From the NCBI GenBank assembly GCA_021803425.1, contig JAJZLN010000020.1, positions 3,924-67,923 of the forward strand: DNA of 64,000 bases, read 5' to 3'. The translations under genes were made by a program, and so were the position numbers. The notes below the pieces were generated by a model, which had not been told where the DNA came from, made no database searches, and was given only the letters and a program-made list of their open reading frames with translations. The number at the start of each line of letters is the position of its first letter. Within the stretch, counting starts at the first letter, position 1. The stretch is from Candidatus Micrarchaeota archaeon (GTDB lineage Archaea; Micrarchaeota; Micrarchaeia; Micrarchaeales; CABMGC01). Positions 1 through 9,760 of the stretch are shown in pieces.

Positions 1-174
1 GGAGGCATAATAGCCGCGCCTTGGTGTGGAAGCGGAGAGTGCGAGCTTAAGATAAAGGAAGAGAATGGAACAAAGATAACAAACATACCGCTTCAGCAAG
101 AGGAACACGGAGGCGAATGCGTGTACTGTGGCAAAAAATCGGAATACACTGCAAACTTCGCAAAATCATATTAA
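1..174 (+). CDS. proS: Prolyl-tRNA synthetase, C-terminal fragment (5' end lies outside the window)
   Basis: Frame 1 is open from the window edge to TAA at 172-174. It reads ..APWCGSGECELKIKEENGTKITNIPL..GGECVYCGKKSEYTANFAKSY*, a Cys-pair C-terminal domain with the ..FAKSY tail typical of archaeal-type ProRS. Confidence 0.7.
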   Translation, partial: GGIIAAPWCGSGECELKIKEENGTKITNIPLQQEEHGGECVYCGKKSEYTANFAKSY

Positions 175-372
175 ATATTGTCAGAGACTCTCTTTTTCAT
201 CACAAGTCAGAAATACCTCATCTCATCATTCAATCATATTACACAGCTTATAATTTAAATTGAGACCTAAATATCGGATTGTTTGAAATTGGCGAGATAA
301 GGGTTGTCTGGACTGGTACGCGGAAAACAATGACAAGCCGTTTATTAATCAGGACATTTACCATGAACAAAA

Positions 373-445
373 TAGTCCCAGCCAGATTCGAACTGGCGTA
401 CGCGGGTCCAAAGCCCGCGGTCCTTGGCCGCTAGACGATGGGACT
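373..445 (-). tRNA. tRNA-Gln (anticodon TTG), 73 nt, no intron
   Basis: The reverse complement folds as a cloverleaf. Acceptor AGTCCCA/TGGGACT plus discriminator A; D stem GTCT/GGAC; anticodon stem GCGGG/CCCGC with loop CTTTGGA; T arm GCCAG-TTCGAAT-CTGGC. Confidence 0.9.
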
Positions 446-482
446 ATAAACATACTTTATCCAAGAAACCTAAAAATACATA

Positions 483-1235
483 TCATGGGCCTGCTGCTGC
501 GCGCAAATTGCCTATAACGCCGAAATCCATGATTTCTCTTTCGCCTAAGCACAGCGCCCTCATATTGTTTATGTCTATAAAAGACCTAAAAAATGGCACA
601 ATATCACTAACATCCTGGGTATTAACTCCAACTCCCTCAGCAAAATAGTTCATCGCAGGCAAAACTATCGCCTCTTGTCCTTTTTTCGTCTTGCCATAAA
701 GAAAGCAGTGCAGCTTCTCTTTTACACCCACTTTATTGTAAAGGGTTATTGCAGGATGCAGATGGCCCATAACAATAAGTTTGTACAGTTTCTCCCTGGG
801 CATTCCGTCACCGTGGAAAAATAATCTGCTGTTTTCAAGCATTTCGCATGAAAATGTCTCGATTCCTATCCTGTTTTTTACCCTATCCACAAAATTGTCG
901 TGGTTGCCTTTTATCAGGGTAATTCTGCCCAGCTCAAGCTCGGATTTCAAGTAATCAACAAGCTCGCGTAGTTCTTTAAATTCCTCAATGTGGACTTTGG
1001 AAAACTCGTTTTTTATATCCCCATCTATTATCAGCCTGTCCGCCTTCGTTTCATTTACAGCGTGAGTCAATATCCTTTTTATGTTTTTTAAGTTTACTTT
1101 TGGTATGAAATTGCCCTTCTCTGCCATGACGCCCTCATAACCAAGATGCAAATCAGAACATACCAACGCATTCATGCTTTTTATGAATAACACCGGATAG
1201 CCTTCAACTATGCAAAGATCTTCTGTAATCTTCAT
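483..1235 (-). CDS. Metallophosphoesterase (calcineurin-like), partner of the upstream Lhr-type helicase
   Basis: 250-aa ORF with metallophosphoesterase motifs CSDLHLG (DxH), IIDGDIKNEF (GD), IKGNHDNF (GNHD) and MGHLHP (GH). Its ATG overlaps the helicase stop by 4 nt, implying one operon. Confidence 0.8.
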   Translation of the reverse strand: MKITEDLCIVEGYPVLFIKSMNALVCSDLHLGYEGVMAEKGNFIPKVNLKNIKRILTHAVNETKADRLIIDGDIKNEFSKVHIEEFKELRELVDYLKSELELGRITLIKGNHDNFVDRVKNRIGIETFSCEMLENSRLFFHGDGMPREKLYKLIVMGHLHPAITLYNKVGVKEKLHCFLYGKTKKGQEAIVLPAMNYFAEGVGVNTQDVSDIVPFFRSFIDINNMRALCLGEREIMDFGVIGNLRAAAGP

Positions 1236-3877
1236 TTTTTCACACCACGTATCCTTTTCATTACCTCCTTATGCAGCTCCCTGAGATGCCTTCTCCTGTC
1301 ATGCATCATTATGACATCGGCTTCCCCGAACGTCATCATCATATGTGAAAATGGCGAAGGCACTGGCGTATCTATTATCTTATAAACGATATCCTTGCTT
1401 ATCAGTGACTTTATTATCGTTCCGGCCCTCGGCAGATCCATAATGTCTTCGAGTATCTCCCTATAGGTTTCCTTAAGTATAGGAAAATCGCCTCCGATTT
1501 CCTCCACAGCTTTCAGCATCAGCTGGGAGCTTACCTGCTGCTTCCTCACACTTATTTTATATCCAACATAGTTTCTTAGCACCATGAAAGACCTAGCAGC
1601 GCAGTACCTGAACCTTCTTTTCATCATCTCTGTCCTTCTTATGTTGTTTTTCAGTAGCTCTGCTGCATCAATGCCTTCAAAAGATCCGATTATGGACTCT
1701 ATGTCGCTTTTTTTAAGCTTCAGGTCGGCTCCAGTTGCAAGGACAAAACCAATATCCCCTACATTTATGCTTACATCTGCACCATATTTATCCGAAATAG
1801 TTATTGCAAATATCCTAGAAATTGCATCATTTATCCTCCGGCCATAAAGGGAGTGAAATATTATAAGATTCCTTTTGCCCTCCTCATCGAACACCTTTTC
1901 TATAAGCATTGCCTTATGGTTTGGCACAAAATTTGCAAACAATATCTGTTCGGCAAAATAATTGAATGCAGAATTCCTTGAATTGTCATCCATAGGCATG
2001 CGCTCCAATATGCTTCCCTTCCAGTTTTTCCTCGTAAACACCTGTCTGTACCCTGAGTTATTTTTTATCAATTCTGAGCTTCTGACCTCAGTATCGAACG
2101 ATTCCCTGAATTTGCCTATTTCTATAGCCAATTCATATGTCAATGGAAGCTGTTCGGAAAACCACGGGGGTATGGTCGGAATTTGTCCCGGAGCCTCTGT
2201 TACATGGCATGTCATGATGCGTGAATACTCAAACCGGTATGGCTTGCCGCCCAACACAAATATGTCCCCTGGCTTAAGCCTGGTAAGGAACTCCTCCTGT
2301 ATGCTGCCTATCCATTTATTCCCTGGGGCCATCACATTTATCGACACTTCATCAGGTATTGTCCCTAAATTAAGGAAATAAATGAGCCTTGAGCTGCCCT
2401 TTCCATAAAATTTGCCATTTTTTTCATCATACACTATCTTCGCGTACACTCGCCTGTTTTCGAGTTCAACATACTCTCCGGACAGGTATCTAAGTACCGA
2501 TATAAAATCTTCTTTAGGCAGTGTTCGGTATGCATACGTTCTTCTGACAAGGTCAAATGCAGAATCAATATCCCATTTCTTGGTTTGTGACATGCCTACA
2601 ATATGCTGGGATAAAACATCGAGAGCGTTCTTTGGCGTGGTGAATGAATCCAATCTTCTCCTCATGGCAGCGTCAAGCATTACAGAACATTCTATTAGAT
2701 CATCCCTATTAGTCACTATCACTTCCCCCTTTGCAACATCATTGAAGCTGTGGCCACTTCTTCCGATTCTCTGCACAACCCTGGACACGCTCTTCGGCGA
2801 ACCCAACTGCACTACGTTGTCTATAGTACCTATATCTATCCCAAGCTCAAGGCTTGTGGAAGAAACTGCACACTTTAACTTGCCTTTCTTAAGCATGTCT
2901 TCAACACCGAGCCGCATCTCACGGGATAGTGATCCATGGTGGGCTGCGATATCTTCGTTATAGCCAAACTTCTTGGTTAGATTGTATACGACTCTTTCCG
3001 TACCACTTCGCGTATTAGTAAATACAATGGTGGTCCTGTTTTCCTTTATTATCCGGTTTATCATCTGATATATTGAATCCTCAATCCTGGAATCTTTGGC
3101 GTTTATTATGTCCCTCACAGGGCATATGGCAGTAAAATCCATTCTTTTTTCCCATGTTGCGTCTATAATATAACAGTCTCTTTCAGTATCTTTTGAGTAT
3201 CCGACAAGAAATCTTGCGGCATTGTCAAGAGGAGACAGGGTTGCCCCTAACCCTATCCTAACAAAACCATGCCCGATCAAGTCTTCCAGCCTTTCTATTG
3301 AAAGAGAAAGATGCACTCCCCTTTTGTTGTTGGCAAGTTCATGCAACTCATCGATAATGACATACTTAACACTACCTAAATTTTGTAAAAATCTTTCTGA
3401 ATTTATAATTATTGCAAGACTTTCTGGAGTAGTTACAAGTATATTTGGAGGGTGCTTGATGTGCTGCTGCCTAACCTTCGCAGTAGTGTCTCCCGTTCTT
3501 ATACCAACAGATATCTTTTTTATAGGTATTGTTATGTCTGAATATATCTCATCTATTGGTGCAATAAGATTCTGATATATGTCGTTATTCAACGCTCTTA
3601 ATGGAGATACATATATGCAATATACCTTCTCCTCTAATTTGCCAGAGAATGCCAAGTTCATAAGGTCGCTGAGTATTGATGTGAAAGCAGAAAACGTCTT
3701 TCCACTTCCCGTAGGCGCCGTAATAAGGACGCTCTTGTTGTCACTTATCAACTTAAGTGCATATTTCTGCGGAGGGGTAAGCTCCTTGTACTTAGACTCA
3801 AACCACTTTCTTACGAATATGTTTAAGCGTCCAAGGCTCTCTTCCTTGCTGTATGGCTCCTTGATATATTCTATCAC
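1232..3877 (-). CDS. Lhr-family SF2 ATP-dependent helicase (paralog 1)
   Basis: 881-aa ORF with motif I APTGSGKT, motif II IIDELHEL and motif VI QRIGRSGH. A long C-terminal extension is characteristic of Lhr-like (DEAD/DEAH plus DEAD-associated) helicases. Confidence 0.9.
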   Translation of the reverse strand: MIEYIKEPYSKEESLGRLNIFVRKWFESKYKELTPPQKYALKLISDNKSVLITAPTGSGKTFSAFTSILSDLMNLAFSGKLEEKVYCIYVSPLRALNNDIYQNLIAPIDEIYSDITIPIKKISVGIRTGDTTAKVRQQHIKHPPNILVTTPESLAIIINSERFLQNLGSVKYVIIDELHELANNKRGVHLSLSIERLEDLIGHGFVRIGLGATLSPLDNAARFLVGYSKDTERDCYIIDATWEKRMDFTAICPVRDIINAKDSRIEDSIYQMINRIIKENRTTIVFTNTRSGTERVVYNLTKKFGYNEDIAAHHGSLSREMRLGVEDMLKKGKLKCAVSSTSLELGIDIGTIDNVVQLGSPKSVSRVVQRIGRSGHSFNDVAKGEVIVTNRDDLIECSVMLDAAMRRRLDSFTTPKNALDVLSQHIVGMSQTKKWDIDSAFDLVRRTYAYRTLPKEDFISVLRYLSGEYVELENRRVYAKIVYDEKNGKFYGKGSSRLIYFLNLGTIPDEVSINVMAPGNKWIGSIQEEFLTRLKPGDIFVLGGKPYRFEYSRIMTCHVTEAPGQIPTIPPWFSEQLPLTYELAIEIGKFRESFDTEVRSSELIKNNSGYRQVFTRKNWKGSILERMPMDDNSRNSAFNYFAEQILFANFVPNHKAMLIEKVFDEEGKRNLIIFHSLYGRRINDAISRIFAITISDKYGADVSINVGDIGFVLATGADLKLKKSDIESIIGSFEGIDAAELLKNNIRRTEMMKRRFRYCAARSFMVLRNYVGYKISVRKQQVSSQLMLKAVEEIGGDFPILKETYREILEDIMDLPRAGTIIKSLISKDIVYKIIDTPVPSPFSHMMMTFGEADVIMMHDRRRHLRELHKEVMKRIRGVKK

Positions 3878-3940
3878 GGCAATCTCCTAGAAAACGTATA
3901 AATAACTGCTCTTTGCAATCATAAAACCAAACTGATAGGT

Positions 3941-4204
3941 ATGGCAAAGAAAAATTCATCTAAACTTGTGTCATTTAATAGGACGCAGGAAATATATAAG
4001 CTTTTGGAGAAAGGCATAATAGAGAGCGAGGCTCTCATGAATGGATCAGTGGATAGGCCAGAAGATGATGCGCATCTAAGTGATCTTTTGAGCAGCACAT
4101 CTAAGATCACGCATCCGATGAGAACCAAACAGATCCATAAAACAAAACACAAAACTACAAAGAACAAAAAGCACTCAAAACCGAAGCCAAGGAAAAGAAA
4201 ATAG
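3941..4204 (+). CDS. Hypothetical small protein with Lys-rich C-terminal tail
   Basis: 87-aa ORF divergent from the helicase gene. No recognisable domain; the C-terminus is KTKHKTTKNKKHSKPKPRKRK. It competes with an antisense ORF (3919-4167), so coding status is uncertain. Confidence 0.35.
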   Translation: MAKKNSSKLVSFNRTQEIYKLLEKGIIESEALMNGSVDRPEDDAHLSDLLSSTSKITHPMRTKQIHKTKHKTTKNKKHSKPKPRKRK

Positions 4205-4295
4205 ATTTATGAAGCCATGGGCGAAAAACCCGCCATTCTGAATGTTGGCCAGGTTCCAATATGGTAATAAATGACACACGCCAAGAGGCAATACA

Positions 4296-4781
4296 ATGAA
4301 AATTAAAACAAAGAGCAAGGAACCTCGGAACGTTTTTGCGGTAGTGAAAGAGATGAGAGCCACTTTCACAGAATCGAAAGAAATTGGAACGCTTCTCAAT
4401 CTGGAAGAACTGCCAAAATTCATCTCTGAGGGAGGAATAAAACTGCTTGAAAATACGGATCATTATAGGGAACGTGGGTGGGTAAGCTTCTTTATCGAAG
4501 TTGTAGGAACGAATATGCATGGTTTTTTTAGATTCAACACTGAAGGAAAAACAGTTGACAAAATGTTTATACCGATATCCAAAAACGAATATTTCAAGCT
4601 TCCTTTCAATGAGAGAGCGCGTTTCTGGAGAGGAATCCTGCCTTTGTCAGTGGAATTAGGCCGCAGTCCGGACTTCAACGGCTGGAGACTTGGAATAGGC
4701 GGCGTAAAGTCAGATGTTGTTGCGCCCGTAGTAGTCGTAAAACAACAGCATAATGAAGTAAGCCTACTTAGAAAGCCATGA
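4296..4781 (+). CDS. Hypothetical protein
   Basis: 161-aa ORF with ordinary soluble-protein composition and no motif I recognise. Antisense ORFs on the minus strand look spurious (Cys/Phe/Ser-rich). Confidence 0.5.
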   Translation: MKIKTKSKEPRNVFAVVKEMRATFTESKEIGTLLNLEELPKFISEGGIKLLENTDHYRERGWVSFFIEVVGTNMHGFFRFNTEGKTVDKMFIPISKNEYFKLPFNERARFWRGILPLSVELGRSPDFNGWRLGIGGVKSDVVAPVVVVKQQHNEVSLLRKP

Positions 4782-4916
4782 ATATTTGGCACAAATATGA
4801 TTTTGGAGTTTCCATGGAAACGTGTAGGCGGAGTTAAATTTACCGGTTTGAGGAACTGGGATGGAAGACTTGGAAATTGCTGGTTAAGATCTGCGCATAT
4901 TTTGACACGCTTAGAT

Positions 4917-6110
4917 CTATTCTCCGCGTTTCCCTATTGAAAGCCGTACTCCTCCTTGGCTTCGCGTAATTGTTATGTCAAGTCCGTCACTTCCAAGCAT
5001 TTTTCTCAGCTCTTCATACGTGTATGACCCTATATCACTATTGGCGTCCTTGTCCTTTAGTATTTCACTTCTCTTCTGCATCAAGAAATCTTTTTTTATC
5101 GTGGCATATGTCAACCCTAGCTTAGGCACCTCCGCGGCATACATATCGTCAACTCCGCGTTCTATTGGCTTATATCCTTCACTTTGATATATGAATGGGA
5201 ATACTGCAGAAAATTCCGCTTTTATCTCGGTTATGAGTTTATCAACTTTGTCCTGATTCCCTGCAACTACAAAATCATCTCCGTTCAGAAATCCGACAAA
5301 CACGTCAGATCCCCATTCCTTTACCTTCTCCTGCAGAAGCTGCGACACAAGCCGCAGTATGGTAACACCAGAGTCAGTTCCGAAGCGCTGCGCAAATTCA
5401 GCGAGCCCATCAACTCTCAGCCTACCAAGTTCATATTCATCATTATTTTCATTTACTATCTTTTCCACCGCTTCAGATATCCTGTCTTCATTTGGCAAAT
5501 CGACAAGAGGATCGAACTTCTTGCCCTTCTTTTTCAAGAATATTGTAACAAGGCTTCTAAGTTCAACAGGATCGAAAGGCTTTCTTATATAATAATCCGC
5601 ACCGTACTTTATACCTTTGAATCTGTTTGATGTAGGATCCATGGCACTTACTATTATCACTATTATATCGCTTAGATTAGATGTTTTTTTGATGGTCTGG
5701 CATATCTCAAGCCCATCCATACCTGGCAACATTAGGTCAAGTATGACAAGATCCGGCTTTTCGCCTTTTATCTTGGCCATTGCTTCGCTCCCATCATAAA
5801 GCTGTGTTATCTCAAATCCCTTGCCAATGCTTAACCCCATCAGCTTGTTGATGTTCTTGTCATCCTCCACTATCAATATTCTCCTCAAAGAATCTTCGCT
5901 CTGCAAACCGTAATATGTCAATATTCCGCCGCTATTTCTAGACGCTATTGCATTAGCAGCTTCAAGCTCTTTGAGATTGTTCTTCAGCTCATCCTCTTTT
6001 ATACTCAAAGATGAAGCAAAACTTTTCAGCTCGTTGTAAGTTACCTGCTGCCTATCATTTATCATTGATATTATATCGGATTTTATGTCAATAATAGAGC
6101 CCATAACCAT
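4917..6110 (-). CDS. Response regulator: wHTH-like N-terminus, receiver domain, degenerate GGDEF-like C-terminal domain
   Basis: 397 aa. The receiver domain reads RILIVEDDKNINKL.., PDLVILDLMLPGMDG (phospho-acceptor Asp context) and YIRKPF. The C-terminal ~150 aa follows the GGDEF-fold pattern (DPLVDLPNE.., LRVDGLAEF, RFGTDSGVTIL, VGFLNGDDFVV), with NGDDF in place of GG(D/E)EF. Confidence 0.8.
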   Translation of the reverse strand: MVMGSIIDIKSDIISMINDRQQVTYNELKSFASSLSIKEDELKNNLKELEAANAIASRNSGGILTYYGLQSEDSLRRILIVEDDKNINKLMGLSIGKGFEITQLYDGSEAMAKIKGEKPDLVILDLMLPGMDGLEICQTIKKTSNLSDIIVIIVSAMDPTSNRFKGIKYGADYYIRKPFDPVELRSLVTIFLKKKGKKFDPLVDLPNEDRISEAVEKIVNENNDEYELGRLRVDGLAEFAQRFGTDSGVTILRLVSQLLQEKVKEWGSDVFVGFLNGDDFVVAGNQDKVDKLITEIKAEFSAVFPFIYQSEGYKPIERGVDDMYAAEVPKLGLTYATIKKDFLMQKRSEILKDKDANSDIGSYTYEELRKMLGSDGLDITITRSQGGVRLSIGKRGE

Positions 6111-6250
6111 CGCCTGATTACAATTGCTTTAGAAAGTAATAAATACATTCTTTCTTTGAACCCACAATCATGTACAACTAAAAATTCGGACTAAACAGGA
6201 AATACAAAACAAACATAAGTTATAAAAGCTATTCCATCGGATTTTATATT

Positions 6251-7249
6251 GTGCATTTAATGGCATTCAATAAAAAGCGGGGTTTCGCAAAAAAACTTAT
6301 GGTTGTCGTAATCGTAGCGATAGTGATCATAATAGCCGGAGCGCTCATGCTGAACGGAACTCCTACGGTATCCTCGCTTACTACAGTATCCATTATACGT
6401 AATTCAAGCTATAATTTTTATCTTCCTGGAGCCAGCGATTTGTTCTCAATATATCTCATATCTAGTTCGCCATCATCTACAACGCTCTATTTTGGAAAGG
6501 CGCCGATACTGAATAACAACATAGGAGTCGTACAACTAGGTGAAGGCCAGAGCGCAAACATAAGCCTAAATGGCGATAGTAATGCAGACCTGCAGATATC
6601 GGTAATCGCATCAAGCTTAAAATCGGCAACACTTTCGCTTTCATATATACCAAGCACAATAGGGATAAAACAAAGCTCTATTGTCAAATCGCTCAATAAT
6701 TTCAACTCAAGCTATCAGCAAACCCAAACTTCTATTCAAACTACAGTTGCGCAGCAATCGAATACACAGCAGCAAACATCCACAACCACCGTTGCAGTTA
6801 CCACAATACCGCAGGAGACAGCATCGCAGCTGGCGATAACTGCAGCTAACCAAACTTATTTAGGAAAATTAATGTCAGGATATAACCAAATTTATGTGCG
6901 GGAAGCATCGCTCTGCACGCCTTCTGCGTATAATACATCCTTCCTGGAAGCCAACCATTATCCTCCTTCAGGCCCATATACATATTCAAATGCAAGCGTT
7001 GTTGTGCCGAGATATATAACTGCAAATGCAACATTAGTATCAGGTGATACTTACAATGCAACGTATACTGCAGCATCTCTTTCAGGCAAATCTACAATAC
7101 TTATATTCACATTCAACAACAATACAAAAGCCGTGACAAGTTACACATTCAAAGGAGATTTCCTGGACCTTTCGTATAATGAAGCCCTCCAGCAGTACCA
7201 ATCAATGAACTTATCTTCAGGAGGGGACTGCTCCGCTTATATACCTTGA
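6251..7249 (+). CDS. Membrane-anchored or secreted Ser/Thr/Gln-rich protein, hypothetical
   Basis: 332-aa ORF. The N-terminus has basic residues then a hydrophobic helix (KKLMVVVIVAIVIIIAGALML). A low-complexity Q/T linker (QQTQTSIQTTVAQQSNTQQQTSTTT) and many N-x-S/T sequons are present. The ORF track starts at GTG 6251; ATG 6260 is an alternative start. Confidence 0.6.
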   Translation: MHLMAFNKKRGFAKKLMVVVIVAIVIIIAGALMLNGTPTVSSLTTVSIIRNSSYNFYLPGASDLFSIYLISSSPSSTTLYFGKAPILNNNIGVVQLGEGQSANISLNGDSNADLQISVIASSLKSATLSLSYIPSTIGIKQSSIVKSLNNFNSSYQQTQTSIQTTVAQQSNTQQQTSTTTVAVTTIPQETASQLAITAANQTYLGKLMSGYNQIYVREASLCTPSAYNTSFLEANHYPPSGPYTYSNASVVVPRYITANATLVSGDTYNATYTAASLSGKSTILIFTFNNNTKAVTSYTFKGDFLDLSYNEALQQYQSMNLSSGGDCSAYIP

Positions 7250-9498
7250 TGCTCGCTTTTGTTGTATTTTAGGGTCCTATCCCTGACCTTCGGATTAATT
7301 GGCAGCGTAAACCAGAAAACGCATCCCTTTCCCAATTCCGAATCAACATTTATCCTGCCTCCATGAAGATTTACTATCTCCTTTGCTATTGAAAGCCCCA
7401 ATCCGGTTCCGGAGCCTTCCTGTTTTACAAGGCCCCTCCTGAGTTGGTAGAATTTCTTGAATATCTTAGGCTTGTCTTCTTTTGCTATTCCTATCCCCGT
7501 ATCTGAAACTTCTATTCTAACACCGCGTGATCCGCCTGTTTTTTTCATGATGTGGATTTTTATGCTGCCAGTTTCGGTGAATTTCAGCGAATTGCCTATG
7601 AGGTTGGAAAACACCTGGATCAGCCGATTTGGATCTGCAGTAATTTCGGGAACGTCATAATCAACTATCCATAAAAATTCGAGATTTTTATTTTTGCATG
7701 CCTCCTCCAGAGATTTTATGCTTGGATTCTCCTTTATTTCATTGAAGTTTACCCGCTGAAAATCAAGTTTGACTATGCCTGATGACAATTTTGCAACATC
7801 AAGTATCTGTTTGACCAACAGAAGGAACCTTTCAGATTCGTCATGGATTATTTGTATGTAGTCTATCTGTTCCTTGGTAAGATTTGAAGAGTAATCGGTA
7901 AGGATTATTTTTGAAAAACCCATTATATTAGTTATTGGGGTTTTGAGATCATGGGATATATTGTATATGAATTGGGATTTCAAATCGCTTTCAGTCCTGA
8001 GTTTTTCCACATCTCTTATGGCTTTATCAAGTTCCTCGTTCAGCAATTCAAGTTTTTCTTTAGTTGCAAGCTCCTTATTCATTATTATGAACTTTATTAC
8101 CTTTCCCTTCTCGTCCTTTATGGATTTTATTGTTTGTACGCAGTGCATGCTCCCGTGCGTCTTGTAATCAACAAGATTAACATATACATCACTTATATAG
8201 CCATTTGTTTTGGCAATGGATAATGATGCTGAAAGCTTATTCTGGCTCTCGGAATCCGCGCATATGGAATATATTGACATCCCTACAATCCCTCTTTCAA
8301 GCTTGAAAAGAGATCCGGCAGCAGTATTGTATGAAATTATATATCCGGAACCATCGGCTTCTATAATTGGCTCATTTGATAAGCTTAACACATCTTCGGT
8401 TATAGTCTCTGCGCTGCCAACAAAGCTCTCATAATCCTTAGACGCTATGCAATAAATTTGATTCCCGCTCTTATATGAAAGCATCTTGCCTGAAAATTCT
8501 GCACCTCCGCCAAAATCAAATTTTAGTTTATTGTAATGTTTCTGCTCTGCTGTTGCCTTGAGTAGATTCTTTGCATTAAGTGGTTCAACAATGAAATCGG
8601 ACAGCTTCTTTCCCACCAATATGTCATTCCTTATCCCAAAAAGTTCAAGAGAGCTCCTGCTTGACCATAATATATTAGTATCATCGTCAAGTATCAAGAA
8701 TGTTTCACTGTCAGTATTGTCCAGAAACTGCAGCTTAGACCACGCTTCCTTTGTAGCGCTTATATCATTAGCGAGCAAATGCAAAAGATTATCATTTATC
8801 TTGCTTGGAGAAAGTTCGAATATCCTATCGCTGCCGTGTGCTTTCAGCTCTATGGACATTCCTTTCTTTAGCTTTGCAAAATTCGCTTCGCTGATTTCAA
8901 ATATCTCAGATATGTTGGATCCAAGGATATCCTTCTGTGAGATATCAAATAGATTCAATGCGGGCTTGTTGGCCTTGGCGATGCGTCCTTCTGAGTCTAT
9001 AAGCAACTGTGGAAGACGGTTATTGAATGAGGCATCGAAATAGCGTGCTATGTTTAAGCTTTTGTCGCGCTCATATTTTGATCCCAGTTCACTGCACGTC
9101 ACTGCAGAAGCAATTGATAGCATATTAATCTTGTCTTCGCCAAATCCTTCATTGGTTTTGGAGAGGAGGGTTATAGTGCCGAAATGCCTTCCATCCTTAG
9201 ACATGGGAATTATCGCACAGCTCCTGAACCCATTATTGTAATATTTTATTAGTTCCGGAAATGCGGAATAGTCGCTAAGCTCATTATCCACATATGGCTT
9301 TCCGGTATTCAATACCACCTCTTCAGCAGCAACTATTACAGAGCTGGGAGAATACTCCTTGACTATGATTTCATCAATTGAAAGCAACGCCTTTAGATAA
9401 TCGCCAAATTTATACAGAAGATCTCTATAGCTTGAAGATTTAGTACTTATTCCAAGAGTTTCAATTACAATATTATCGTTTGAAGCGGACGTAAGCAT
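7237..9498 (-). CDS. Cytoplasmic sensor histidine kinase (GAF-like plus PAS-like repeats, HisKA, HATPase_c)
   Basis: 753 aa with no obvious TM helix. H-box ISHDLKTPITNIMGF, N-box FSNLIGNSLKFT, G1 VSDTGIGI, G2 EGSGTGLGLSIAKEIV. The 3' end overlaps the convergent gene 6251-7249 by 13 nt. Confidence 0.9.
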   Translation of the reverse strand: MLTSASNDNIVIETLGISTKSSSYRDLLYKFGDYLKALLSIDEIIVKEYSPSSVIVAAEEVVLNTGKPYVDNELSDYSAFPELIKYYNNGFRSCAIIPMSKDGRHFGTITLLSKTNEGFGEDKINMLSIASAVTCSELGSKYERDKSLNIARYFDASFNNRLPQLLIDSEGRIAKANKPALNLFDISQKDILGSNISEIFEISEANFAKLKKGMSIELKAHGSDRIFELSPSKINDNLLHLLANDISATKEAWSKLQFLDNTDSETFLILDDDTNILWSSRSSLELFGIRNDILVGKKLSDFIVEPLNAKNLLKATAEQKHYNKLKFDFGGGAEFSGKMLSYKSGNQIYCIASKDYESFVGSAETITEDVLSLSNEPIIEADGSGYIISYNTAAGSLFKLERGIVGMSIYSICADSESQNKLSASLSIAKTNGYISDVYVNLVDYKTHGSMHCVQTIKSIKDEKGKVIKFIIMNKELATKEKLELLNEELDKAIRDVEKLRTESDLKSQFIYNISHDLKTPITNIMGFSKIILTDYSSNLTKEQIDYIQIIHDESERFLLLVKQILDVAKLSSGIVKLDFQRVNFNEIKENPSIKSLEEACKNKNLEFLWIVDYDVPEITADPNRLIQVFSNLIGNSLKFTETGSIKIHIMKKTGGSRGVRIEVSDTGIGIAKEDKPKIFKKFYQLRRGLVKQEGSGTGLGLSIAKEIVNLHGGRINVDSELGKGCVFWFTLPINPKVRDRTLKYNKSEHQGI

Positions 9499-9760
9499 CT
9501 ACCAAATACCATTTATGTTGAAAACATGAGTGACATACTCCAGCCAATAAACTGCGTGGGATTTTCTGCTAGGAGTCGTTAAAACGAATCTTTGCTTCCT
9601 TGGATGATATTCCAAAAATTTGTATTCTGTTTTCACGATTACCGCAATTATTATGCTATTAAGTTTTATATGTCTCTTGTTATCGCATACGTTTTTATAT
9701 TACCAACAAGCAATGTTGATTTACCGCCATGATTTTATAAAATTTATTGCGTAGTATATA

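Noticed and set aside
424-648. 74-aa plus-strand ORF
   Set aside because: It starts inside tRNA-Gln and runs antisense to the metallophosphoesterase gene, which has clear catalytic motifs.
4808-4821. Perfect 14-bp palindrome GTTTCCATGGAAAC between convergent genes
   Set aside because: It may be a terminator hairpin or a protein-binding site, but it is a single short palindrome with no second copy in the window, so there is too little support for a call.
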